Assembly (NCBI RefSeq): GCF_024460475.1
Contig: NZ_JANFYN010000001.1
Coordinates: 20,946-52,945, forward strand
Source: Holdemanella sp. MSK.7.32
GTDB taxonomy: Bacteria > Bacillota_I > Bacilli_A > Erysipelotrichales > Erysipelotrichaceae
Direction: 5' to 3'
Length of the DNA stretch: 32,000 nucleotides
Shown: piece by piece, positions 24,016-32,000 of the stretch
How positions within the stretch are numbered: position 1 is the stretch's first letter
How the letters are laid out: the number at the start of each line of letters is the position of its first letter
Notes under the pieces: generated by a model
The model's database searches: none
Told to the model about the DNA's origin: nothing
The model's input: the letters and a program-made list of their open reading frames with translations, nothing else
Program-made: the position numbers and the translations under genes

Positions 24016-24972
24016 CTAGGATGTAGGAAGTTCCTTTTCATCCATCATATTTTCAAATGCTAATGTGAGTGACATTTCGTGTTTCCCATTCATAAATGTA
24101 TGAGAATCGCTCTCAATATAAAAAAGACCATATAGCCCAGATTTACTTTCTTGTACCGCCACTGAATATCCTGATATCGCACGAACATCCCCTAAAGCTA
24201 GAGTAGAACCATTTTTGTCAATTCCATGCATGAGAGCTTTTGCCTCAACGTTGGAATCTTTTCCATCTTGTGTTTTATAAACCTTTTGAATTGTTCCATA
24301 CTTATTCATAGAGTCAATATCTTCTAATGTTCTGATGGCATTCCCTTCTTTATCGGTAATCACCACTTTATTGACTACATTTTCAGAAGTCACTGAATAA
24401 GTGCTATCTTCAAGATTGTAAGTACCTTCTAAAACAACATTTGAATACTGACCTTTTTGAATGATATTCAATTTGTTTATATCTTTCATGATAGGGATAT
24501 AAACATTTCCAGTCTGATAGCCTGCTTGCGTATAAGCAATCATTATCGCTTCATAAGCTGTTTTACCAAGACAAGGATAATAAACCTTAACGTTTGTTGA
24601 AGCTAAACTTCCGACTGGAATGTTGAGATCGTTGCAAATAGATCTTGTGATTGCTTCAGGAGTTGAATTGAATATCTTAGATATTTCTGATTTGTTTACA
24701 TAGAACAGTAAATCGTACGCTAGAAAAGTAAAACTTTTATCTGCTGCTTTTTTATCTTTTTTATGAATGACTCCACCAAAGATGGCTTTTCCTGTATCGT
24801 CTTTAAAGATGATGTCATCTCCTTCGTTGATAGAAACTGCTGGCATCAACTTATCTATGTCGTTTTGATAAATTACAAAATTGAGCTTTCTAGATACTTC
24901 TTTCGTATCGCCTGACCATGTTATCTCCCTAACAAGCTCAATGATATCTTTTCCACCTGTTAATAATTGCAT
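24016..24972 (-). CDS. baseplate hub protein, XkdQ-like (late control D-like)
   Basis: 318 aa, positioned between the LysM protein and the small baseplate proteins. Confidence 0.6.
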   Translation of the reverse strand: MQLLTGGKDIIELVREITWSGDTKEVSRKLNFVIYQNDIDKLMPAVSINEGDDIIFKDDTGKAIFGGVIHKKDKKAADKSFTFLAYDLLFYVNKSEISKIFNSTPEAITRSICNDLNIPVGSLASTNVKVYYPCLGKTAYEAIMIAYTQAGYQTGNVYIPIMKDINKLNIIQKGQYSNVVLEGTYNLEDSTYSVTSENVVNKVVITDKEGNAIRTLEDIDSMNKYGTIQKVYKTQDGKDSNVEAKALMHGIDKNGSTLALGDVRAISGYSVAVQESKSGLYGLFYIESDSHTFMNGKHEMSLTLAFENMMDEKELPTS

Positions 24973-25691
24973 TATGGAATCGTTATGCTCGTACCTGGAA
25001 AAATCCAGTGTCCGTTTTGCGAGCTTCTAAACCCTCGGCTTCGGGCTACAGACTCTATAGTTCCTTTGTTAGCGTTATATATCTTTGAATATTGAGCGCC
25101 ATTACCATAGTATCTTGTAGCAATTGCCCATAAAGTATCACCACTTTTGATTGTGTATGATCTTCCTGCAGATGCACCACCTGATGGTTTTGCTTTTGAG
25201 GGAGCAGAGGGAGCAGTTGGTGCAGGTCTTCTTTGAATAGAACTTTTCACTTTGGTCGAAACTTTAACCGTTGGGACGTTTAAAGTCTTATATTCAACCA
25301 ACTCAATACTGTAATAAATATCATCATCTCCTTCACGATGTGTTGTCGTGAAGTTGTTGATTGCCATGGCTAGATCGATATCCATATCTGATATGATCAA
25401 GCGAACAATCATGTTTTTATCTTTCCACTTTTTAATAAGAGCCTTGCACTCCTGTGGTGTCCTAACCCCTCCATATCTTTTATAAAAAGGTGAACTTTCA
25501 GAAGGGAAGAAGCTCTCAAGCGTTGTCGTTATCAAGCCTCTGTTCCCTAAAAGAAGTGCAGTTCCCACTTCCAACAAATTAATCTGCTGGTTATTTTGCA
25601 TATCGGTAAAAACAATAGAAGCTGGATTTACTGATAGCTTTAAAAATTCCTGTCGGTTATTCACATTCAATTCAATTATTCTTCTTTTCAT
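24972..25691 (-). CDS. LysM-domain tail protein (XkdP-like)
   Basis: The C-terminus carries a LysM motif (YTIKSGDTLWAIATRYYGNGAQYSKIYNANK). The preferred start is ATG 25691 (MKRRIIEL) after GGAAGGAG. The ORF track extends to 25721. Confidence 0.8.
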   Translation of the reverse strand: MKRRIIELNVNNRQEFLKLSVNPASIVFTDMQNNQQINLLEVGTALLLGNRGLITTTLESFFPSESSPFYKRYGGVRTPQECKALIKKWKDKNMIVRLIISDMDIDLAMAINNFTTTHREGDDDIYYSIELVEYKTLNVPTVKVSTKVKSSIQRRPAPTAPSAPSKAKPSGGASAGRSYTIKSGDTLWAIATRYYGNGAQYSKIYNANKGTIESVARSRGFRSSQNGHWIFPGTSITIP

Positions 25692-25704
25692 GCAAATCTC
25701 CTTC

Positions 25705-28020
25705 CTATAAATTCTCAACAACTTCTAAAATCTTATCAGCAACTTCTTCAGCAATATCATCAATATCATCTTTTTCTTTGACTATGATACTGTCAGCAAG
25801 TTTCGCAATCGTAATGACTACTGATAAAGTCTTTCCACTAGAAGCTGGAGATATAGTGTTTCCATTAGTCATCGGTATATCTTTACCTACAGTAGGCAAT
25901 TGGATACTGAATCCAGCCATCCTACTCATAATCTGACCTGCTAACTGACCAATCCAACCTGTATTTCTTTCAAGAGGCATAACCACTTCTTTACCAGCTT
26001 CACCAATGACCGCTGTTGTTGCCTCGTTGACAACACCACCTTTGGCAAGGTATGGGATTTGCCCTAAGTTTAATCCCCAGTGTTGACCACCAACACCTGG
26101 AACCCAGGCAGGGATATCAACTGAAATACTATTAATTGCTCTAATTGCTCCATTGATAATCGCAATGACTGCATTCATAGGAGCTTTACAAATTTCAGCA
26201 ATTCCACCAAAGATTGATGCAAAGGCATTTACGACACCTTGCCAGCTTCCTGTCCAAATAGCACTGATCAGATCAAGTCCACCTTGAATCACCGAACTAA
26301 TACCTGATATCGCATTCGTTACAACCTCACTGATTCCTGCGAATGTATCTGAAATAATAGGTGCTATCGCTACGATAACATCTGCAATCATTGAAAAAGC
26401 AGTTCCAAGTGGAGGCAATACAGTTGTGACTATGTTTCCGATTGTTGTAACGAGAGTAGAAAAAATTGGCTGAACTGCAGGTAAGATACGAGCAATCGCT
26501 TGAATAATCTGGTCAATTATCGGTGTTGCCTTGATTACTACATTTTGTATCGTAGTAACAATCGTTCCACCAAAAGCCATAATTGGTGGCAGCATCTGCT
26601 GAACTCCTAAAATAATTGATTGGATTGCAGGCATCATCATTTTGAAACCATTGATAAACGATGGCATGATTGATGATATATATTGAATTCCTTTTCCAAG
26701 GCCTTCACCAAACTTTACCCCGAACTCCTGGACATAAGGCATTGCTTTATCAATCAAACCAATAATGTTTGTAAAGACTGGTTTTAGTTGTTCTACAATA
26801 TTCAATCCAAAATCAGCAACTCCTGACTTTAACTTACCAGTAATTGTAGATAATAACCCTGTACCAGTTGTAGCTAGTTTGGCTGCAGCACCTCCATAGA
26901 AGTCTTCTAAATCTTTGGAAACACCCTCAAATCCTTTTTGTTTAAATTCATCAGCCGATACTTTAAAGCCAAATTCCTTTAAACGTTCCATTTCTCCAAG
27001 TTTCGCATCGGCTAAGGCTTCCATAGCATCGCTGACTGATTTCGTTCCACCTGAAGCAGCCGCCATATCTTCTGCCAACCGAACCAAGGACATTGCTGAC
27101 TTCGTGTTCCCCTGTGTAATCGCTACTGCGCGACTTCCTGCTTGAATGACTTCGCCAGTTTCGAATGGTGTCGCATTGGCATTTTGTCTTAACTGCTCAG
27201 TAAATGTTTTTGCAGCTTCTTTTATCTGTGATTCACCATAGTCTTTATTGGTCGCTCCGATAAAATGTTCAATGCTGACTTGTTGATTTTCTAAAGTCAT
27301 TCCTGATTTGACAGCAGCCCCAAGTGCAGCAGCTGTGCCTGTAGCTACTACTGTAACAGGAACAACTAATTTCTTACCTATTTGAGCCAAACTCTTCATA
27401 GCAGAAGATATACCACTAGCTGTTTTATTGACTGCTGTTATCGTTGCTTTGTAGGCTTTTTGGGTTACCGTCTTTAAAGCAAGCTTGATTGGAGACAACT
27501 TGCTGGTTATCATGTCCTTCAATAACACTGCTGGTCTTGCAACTGTTTTTGAAAGCCACTTTGTTTCTGCTTTGATTTTACTAGCCTTTGAAGTGAAGTT
27601 ATCCTTAATCCTGACGATAGGGGATACTGCTTTATTTTTTAGATCATCAAACAATTTGATTGTAGATTTCAGTTTTGATAATGCATGATCTCTAATTTTA
27701 ACAATCGGCGCAACTGCCATTGTTGATAGTTTTAACATCCTTTTATAAATACTATTTAACTTGATTAAAGCTGCATTATCTTCCAAATGAAGCCTCGCTT
27801 TTAGGTTATTCTTAAATTCATTTGCTTTGGATTGCATGGCTCGAATTGATTTCATGGCTGATGTTGTCTCAATAGCTGGTTTATATTTATGATCCCATGC
27901 TTTTTTCAACTCATCTCTTGTTGACTTGACTTCGTCCTTGAAGGTCTTATGCTCGTCTTTTAACTTTTTAAGCGTTCCTATACCTTCATCTGAAATCTTA
28001 ATCTTTTCAACAATTGCCAT
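25705..28020 (-). CDS. tail tape measure protein
   Basis: ~770 aa with a coiled-coil N-terminus and a long Gly/Ala/Ile-rich hydrophobic central region, downstream of the chaperone genes. The preferred start is ATG 28020 (MAIVEKIK) after GGGGGTGG. Confidence 0.85.
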   Translation of the reverse strand: MAIVEKIKISDEGIGTLKKLKDEHKTFKDEVKSTRDELKKAWDHKYKPAIETTSAMKSIRAMQSKANEFKNNLKARLHLEDNAALIKLNSIYKRMLKLSTMAVAPIVKIRDHALSKLKSTIKLFDDLKNKAVSPIVRIKDNFTSKASKIKAETKWLSKTVARPAVLLKDMITSKLSPIKLALKTVTQKAYKATITAVNKTASGISSAMKSLAQIGKKLVVPVTVVATGTAAALGAAVKSGMTLENQQVSIEHFIGATNKDYGESQIKEAAKTFTEQLRQNANATPFETGEVIQAGSRAVAITQGNTKSAMSLVRLAEDMAAASGGTKSVSDAMEALADAKLGEMERLKEFGFKVSADEFKQKGFEGVSKDLEDFYGGAAAKLATTGTGLLSTITGKLKSGVADFGLNIVEQLKPVFTNIIGLIDKAMPYVQEFGVKFGEGLGKGIQYISSIMPSFINGFKMMMPAIQSIILGVQQMLPPIMAFGGTIVTTIQNVVIKATPIIDQIIQAIARILPAVQPIFSTLVTTIGNIVTTVLPPLGTAFSMIADVIVAIAPIISDTFAGISEVVTNAISGISSVIQGGLDLISAIWTGSWQGVVNAFASIFGGIAEICKAPMNAVIAIINGAIRAINSISVDIPAWVPGVGGQHWGLNLGQIPYLAKGGVVNEATTAVIGEAGKEVVMPLERNTGWIGQLAGQIMSRMAGFSIQLPTVGKDIPMTNGNTISPASSGKTLSVVITIAKLADSIIVKEKDDIDDIAEEVADKILEVVENL

Positions 28021-28632
28021 TCTTGCCACCCCCAATCTTAATCTGCGCTGCTTTTTGCATATCTTCTATTGCGACATCCATAGAAGCTTTATAAAAAAGT
28101 TTGTAGTAATTCGGCAATTCTACAAACTCCTCTATTTTCCACCCCAATTGAACATAATGATGTAGCAGATTAAAATCACCATTAGTTCGAATTAGTTTTT
28201 TAAGTTTTCTAATCCTTTGTCAACGACTGTAACTTTGTTTTTACTTAGTACACCTGATTTTTCCATGATGATCATTGCAGCTTCCGTAATTTCGTGTCGT
28301 TCAAACATTTCCATTACTTCCATAGGATGAACAATATCACCAGCTTCTTTTAAGGTTTGGCCCAATTTTTTCAATGATGGTTCAACTGAAGCAATATACA
28401 TAGCATATTTATCTGCTCCGTTTGGATCATCACTTTCATACGCCAAGCAATCATTGATTTCAGCATCGGATAAAGTTCTGAATTTAATTTCCAACGGTTG
28501 TCCTTCACCATTTTCATCTTCTAGCTTTTCAAAAGAAGGGAAGCTTAATGTGTATTGCACGAATGATTTTTTTCTTTTCATGGCTGCTGAAGCTTTCGCA
28601 GCAAATATTTCTAATGTTGATTTCTTTTCCAT
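28007..28632 (-). CDS. tail assembly chaperone, -1 frameshift-extended form
   Basis: The slippery heptamer A AAA AAC (28201-28195) lies immediately before the TAA stop of the 146-aa chaperone. The -1 frame is open without any start codon for ~60 further codons (LIRTNGDFNLLHHYVQLGW...KIGGGKNGNC) and ends at TGA 28009-28007, overlapping the tape measure start. Confidence 0.45.
28192..28632 (-). CDS. tail assembly chaperone (XkdN-like)
   Basis: 146-aa acidic protein between the tube and tape measure genes. The RBS is AAGGAGG. Confidence 0.7.
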   Translation of the reverse strand: MEKKSTLEIFAAKASAAMKRKKSFVQYTLSFPSFEKLEDENGEGQPLEIKFRTLSDAEINDCLAYESDDPNGADKYAMYIASVEPSLKKLGQTLKEAGDIVHPMEVMEMFERHEITEAAMIIMEKSGVLSKNKVTVVDKGLENLKN

Positions 28633-28643
28633 GTAAATCCTCC

Positions 28644-29081
28644 TTATCGTTTGATCGTATCTAAGTTAACTGCATCGCTTGGTGTAAAGCCTCCAGTTAA
28701 TTCTTCTTCAATAAGCGCTCCTTTTTCGGCAACGAATAATGGAATATCATTCCACCATACATTATCGAATGACCAGCGTTCTTGTTGAGCATCCACTGCA
28801 TCAGGGTCTGCTAACTTTGCAATTACTTGAGAACGTACATCCTTACCTTGAACATAATTTTTCATAACGTCATTGTAATTGCTGTATGTTTTGTTAATTG
28901 TGATTGAGATTTCTCCTTTGAGTCCTGTCATCTTGCTATCGATATCAATACCCATCTGAACTTCTTCTCGATTAGCTGATACTTTCGCTTCAATTTTCTT
29001 AAATTCGATAATTGGAACACCATCTACCCAAATTTCACCCCATGTACCTGAAAGGACTTTGTTTCCTCTTATACTCATCAT
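28644..29081 (-). CDS. tail tube protein (XkdM-like)
   Basis: 145 aa. The N-terminal GTWGEIWVDG...EFKKIEAKV pattern is typical of XkdM-like tube proteins. Confidence 0.78.
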   Translation of the reverse strand: MMSIRGNKVLSGTWGEIWVDGVPIIEFKKIEAKVSANREEVQMGIDIDSKMTGLKGEISITINKTYSNYNDVMKNYVQGKDVRSQVIAKLADPDAVDAQQERWSFDNVWWNDIPLFVAEKGALIEEELTGGFTPSDAVNLDTIKR

Positions 29082-29096
29082 CGTATCCTCCTATTC

Positions 29097-30158
29097 CTAC
29101 ATATTGATTTCCATTTTTAAATCTTCCATTGCATCAACAAACTTGATTGCTGCAGTTAAAAAAACCATACTTCCTGTATTGGCCTGTAAAATTTCAATAT
29201 CACTCATAGCTTCAGTATCTTCTCCTTGACTTAATAAATAACTGCGTTGATCTTCAAGCGAAATTGCACAACTGTTATTGTAAGTGCGATCCAATACATC
29301 TCCTTCCATGCTTTTGAAATATGTAACAATCGCTGCTACGAGGTTTTGCTTATTGTCGTAATCATTAATAACCTTACCGACATACTTTTCTTCAAATGTA
29401 GTCTTGATATCTTGATAGACGGTATCTTTACTTTCAATAACCTTAATCTTTTTAAGATCTTCATTGTTCCCTGAAGTATAACTATTGATACCTCTTGCGA
29501 TTTTGTATTTTTCTCCATCGAATAAAATAACTAGTTCACCTTTATTGACTAATTCTTCAGGATTACTAGGAATGTCAGCTGAGATAATATCTGTTAGAAC
29601 ATAGTATGTTAAACTGCGGGATAAACTTAGTCCTGCAACAATACCTGCAATACGAGCACAATATTCAGCAGCTGTTAGCTTCACTTCATTTCCTGTGATT
29701 GTTGAAACAATATTCCCAGTTGTGAAATTAATAATCCCTTCGCAATCCGCAGCATGATTGGCAAGTACTGCTTTAAATGTTTTCTTGTTATTAGTTCTTT
29801 GCTCTTTAATCCATGAACTAATAACTGGAGTGCTTTCTTCATTTGCGGATGGGACAACTAAATAGTTCCATTTATAGTTTTCTAAAACTTTTAATGCCTT
29901 ACTATAGTTGTTGTCTTCTTCTGGAATTACTGCAACCATGACTTTGTATGGTGCTCCATCAAAAATCAATTTCAAATATCGATAGTTCTTCTCGCTCATT
30001 TTTTCAAATTCTACATCACTCAAACTTTTATAAATACTAAATGGAATCGCACCTGCAGTATTGTCTTTTAGAATGACTGCAACAACTCCACGTTCGCTTC
30101 GTTGAATAATAGATTGAGCTTTGCTTTTAAACTCAATCAAAATTTGTGGTAAATTCAT
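29097..30158 (-). CDS. contractile tail sheath protein (XkdK-like)
   Basis: 353 aa, directly upstream of the tube gene. Size and order match PBSX-like elements. Confidence 0.78.
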   Translation of the reverse strand: MNLPQILIEFKSKAQSIIQRSERGVVAVILKDNTAGAIPFSIYKSLSDVEFEKMSEKNYRYLKLIFDGAPYKVMVAVIPEEDNNYSKALKVLENYKWNYLVVPSANEESTPVISSWIKEQRTNNKKTFKAVLANHAADCEGIINFTTGNIVSTITGNEVKLTAAEYCARIAGIVAGLSLSRSLTYYVLTDIISADIPSNPEELVNKGELVILFDGEKYKIARGINSYTSGNNEDLKKIKVIESKDTVYQDIKTTFEEKYVGKVINDYDNKQNLVAAIVTYFKSMEGDVLDRTYNNSCAISLEDQRSYLLSQGEDTEAMSDIEILQANTGSMVFLTAAIKFVDAMEDLKMEINM

Positions 30159-30163
30159 AAAAT

Positions 30164-30619
30164 TTAATCCTCCTGTACAAAGTTAATGTTTAGATTTTCT
30201 GCAAGTACACCTTGCTCGTTATAATCAATCGCAATCACATCTCTAAACCTCAATGTGAAAGTGTAATGTCCTATGTTGTCCACGATTTTAAAAGAACTGT
30301 TTTCAATTGTGATTGAGCGTTTGCCAATTTGAACATAAGGCAGAAAGTTTTGATCCATTGCTTCCATCCAATCATAGAAAGTATTGCTATCTGCTTTATC
30401 ATTGATATAAGCAATATCTACAAACAACGCTCTATCTCTTAAATACTTTCCAAATAGCGCTGTACTGATTGGAATCAAAGAAACATGGAAATACTTATAA
30501 ATTTGGTTTTCTTCAACACTTGAATCTGTTTTGCTGACATTTGTAAAAAATACATCAATGTTTTCCGCTTTTTTTAAAAGGCTGGTTATGGTTGTTTTAA
30601 TTTCTGTAATCTTAATCAT
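30164..30619 (-). CDS. phage tail-completion/neck protein (hypothetical)
   Basis: 151-aa ORF between the gp10-like gene and the sheath gene. Confidence 0.5.
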   Translation of the reverse strand: MIKITEIKTTITSLLKKAENIDVFFTNVSKTDSSVEENQIYKYFHVSLIPISTALFGKYLRDRALFVDIAYINDKADSNTFYDWMEAMDQNFLPYVQIGKRSITIENSSFKIVDNIGHYTFTLRFRDVIAIDYNEQGVLAENLNINFVQED

Positions 30620-31016
30620 TTAGATCATGCTTATTTATAAAATCACTCAACCAGTCTCTTAAATAAGAAGGTAACTGTATTTTTAAAAGTTCAACTGATA
30701 TCTCCATCATATGAGCTCCTTCAACAAAACCACCGCTTTTTGTTCTATGTCCATACTCGACAGGTTCAGCATACTCAACATTGTTATATACCTCGATGAA
30801 ATAGTTGTTCCCTCGTTTGACCAGTTCTCCGACAAACCAATTACCTTGAAGATGGCTCGTGTCGACTGGAGTAGCATCTGCAGTAGCAGTTTGAAGATCG
30901 GTTGCAACTTGAATGACCATCCTTTCAAACTCGTATGGATAATCATGCGAAATAATCTTTGCAAGTTTCTTTTCAAATTCATCTAAACCTTCAATTACAA
31001 TATCTGATTGACTCAT
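30612..31016 (-). CDS. HK97 gp10-family head-tail joining protein
   Basis: 134 aa. ATPVDTSHLQGNW and YAEPVEYGH are typical gp10-family motifs. Confidence 0.7.
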   Translation of the reverse strand: MSQSDIVIEGLDEFEKKLAKIISHDYPYEFERMVIQVATDLQTATADATPVDTSHLQGNWFVGELVKRGNNYFIEVYNNVEYAEPVEYGHRTKSGGFVEGAHMMEISVELLKIQLPSYLRDWLSDFINKHDLND

Positions 31017-31378
31017 GCTGTATTCTTACCCTCCAAGACTGGAAGCTCTGCATGACTTGGTAAAGTATATTGCTTTCCAGCCACCAATACATAGCGTGCG
31101 CCTTCGTGTGTGCAAACGATTGTGTCATTCTTTTCAACACTTATTTTTGGATCATAAAACAACTTATAATCACTTTCGATTTTAACGTTTACATCATTCT
31201 TATTTGACTTGCCATTAGAAAAGCTAGACAAGGCGCATGGTATATCATCATATATTTTTTTGCCATCTAGGCCTTTATAAAAGACACTTTCGCCAGTCGG
31301 TAAAGTGTCTTTAAAAGGTCGATAAACGCTCATTTTATCATAATAAGTTAATGCTAGAATTTCAGCTTCACTCATCAT
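31013..31378 (-). CDS. head closure / head-tail adaptor protein
   Basis: 121 aa. The call rests on position between the connector-like and gp10-like genes. Confidence 0.55.
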   Translation of the reverse strand: MMSEAEILALTYYDKMSVYRPFKDTLPTGESVFYKGLDGKKIYDDIPCALSSFSNGKSNKNDVNVKIESDYKLFYDPKISVEKNDTIVCTHEGARYVLVAGKQYTLPSHAELPVLEGKNTA

Positions 31379-31757
31379 TAGGATCTCTTGGAAGCCTCAT
31401 TCTTTTAAAGTGGACTAATTGACATGAATAATCTTTCATAAAGTCAATTGCATTGTTATAGGCTGAAGCAGGATCTTTGTAGGTAATGCTTGTATCACCT
31501 CGACTTACGCTGGCAACTTCCTTGTTATCGGTAGCAATAACTTTGTCAGCCATCAGCATTTCTTCAGTGATTTCTGCTACAACTGATTCCAGTGCTTCAG
31601 GTAAATCATTACGATTGCAATGCGCTAAAACCTTTAATCTAACACGGTTTGCATATCGTGCGATAATCGGTTCTAACTGTTCTTTTTGTTCATCACTAAG
31701 ATTTCTTATCTTTGGATGCTCTAGAACTTCCTTCAGTATCCTTGTCATTTGTTCCAT
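31368..31757 (-). CDS. head-tail connector (gp6-like) protein
   Basis: Preferred start ATG 31757 (MEQMTRIL) after AGGAGG. The ORF track extends to 31784. Confidence 0.55.
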   Translation of the reverse strand: MEQMTRILKEVLEHPKIRNLSDEQKEQLEPIIARYANRVRLKVLAHCNRNDLPEALESVVAEITEEMLMADKVIATDNKEVASVSRGDTSITYKDPASAYNNAIDFMKDYSCQLVHFKRMRLPRDPNDE

Positions 31758-31926
31758 CTGTAGAGCCTCCTTTTTCAAGTTCATTAATCTTCTTTTTCAA
31801 AGAAGTGTTTTCTTCTGATAGTTTTTTGATTTCACCATCTTTTTTAGAAATTTCTTTTTTTAATTCTTCCAGTTCACTTCCAGGCTTTTCAGTGCCTAAA
31901 CCAATTACTGTTCCTTTTGTTTCCAT
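31696..31926 (-). CDS. small coiled-coil phage protein (uncertain)
   Basis: 76 aa with the coiled-coil stretch ELEELKKEISKKDGEIKKLSEENTSLKKKINELEK and the RBS AGGAGAACAAGAT. The last ~20 codons overlap the connector gene in another frame. Confidence 0.35.
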   Translation of the reverse strand: METKGTVIGLGTEKPGSELEELKKEISKKDGEIKKLSEENTSLKKKINELEKGGSTDGTNDKDTEGSSRASKDKKS

Positions 31927-31937
31927 ATCTTGTTCTC

Positions 31938-32000
31938 CTATTCAGAATCGTGTGAGCAATAAACTCCAGCTAATTTATTTTCATAAACGTGTGCGTATAA
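31938..32000 (-). CDS. 3' end of an upstream phage structural gene (probably capsid module), partial
   Basis: The open frame entering from the window end reads LYAHVYENKLAGVYCSHDSE, then TAG at 31940-31938. Confidence 0.4.
   Translation of the reverse strand, partial: LYAHVYENKLAGVYCSHDSE

Larger units (their letters stand above)
13900..32000 (-). mobile_element. prophage (PBSX-like contractile-tail phage), lysis-proximal end; continues beyond window end
   Basis: Uninterrupted minus-strand block of head-tail, sheath, tube, tape measure, baseplate, fibre, DGR, holin, endolysin, Dam and XRE genes, abutting host aro genes. The left boundary lies somewhere in 13698-13925 and the att site was not identified. 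Confidence 0.85.

Noticed and set aside
2449-31818. Many 60-144-aa ORFs lying antisense or out of frame inside larger genes. Examples are 2449-2679, 2722-2931, 3060-3281, 5169-5354, 6006-6224, 7568-7798, 8678-8908, 10802-11209, 11240-11674, 19521-19727, 19641-19862, 20672-20890, 22487-22669, 22681-22905, 22981-23181, 26915-27145, 27485-27688, 27926-28165, 28454-28636, 29247-29474, 29336-29518, 30707-30982, 30711-30986 and 31486-31818.
   Set aside because: Each is fully embedded in a longer ORF with recognisable family features or phage synteny. They lack RBSs and have low-complexity or odd composition, so they are shadow ORFs.

Overview
AT-rich, Firmicutes-like chromosomal window. All family calls come from motifs, sizes and gene order read by eye; no database search was possible. 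Positions 1-13.7 kb hold ordinary host genes: a RodZ-like HTH fragment, an NYN-like protein, msrA, an HI0933-type flavoprotein, a Cof-type HAD, YitT, a MarR plus secreted Ntn-hydrolase operon, BI-1/YccA, an Arc-like RHH plus SPFH pair, aroD, a DUF3784-like membrane protein, a fused aroE-aroK and a beta-lactamase-family serine hydrolase. From about 13.9 kb to 32.0 kb lies one end of a PBSX-like contractile-tail prophage, entirely on the minus strand. Its order is capsid end, head-tail joining genes, sheath, tube, chaperone (with a -1 frameshift site), tape measure, LysM protein, baseplate (XkdQ/R/S/T/U-like), short fibre genes, a DGR, holin, CW_7 amidase endolysin, Dam methylase and an XRE regulator. 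The stand-out is the diversity-generating retroelement (DGR) at 16571-20064. It has a target gene with a C-terminal FGE/C-type-lectin-fold variable repeat (VR), an Avd carrying an extra C-terminal zinc ribbon, and a DGR-type reverse transcriptase (RT). Where a single template repeat (TR) is expected there are three tandem, in-register, Asn-codon-rich TR cassettes. The current VR is a mosaic: its 5' two blocks match TR1 and its 3' block matches TR2, each differing only at template adenines, and its flanks match TR3. This suggests a combinatorial multi-template DGR. A second candidate is a 14-codon leader ORF ending in Tyr-Tyr-Phe-Tyr-Phe-Lys, followed by hairpins and an intrinsic terminator, directly upstream of aroE-aroK. 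That layout suggests aromatic amino-acid leader-peptide attenuation.
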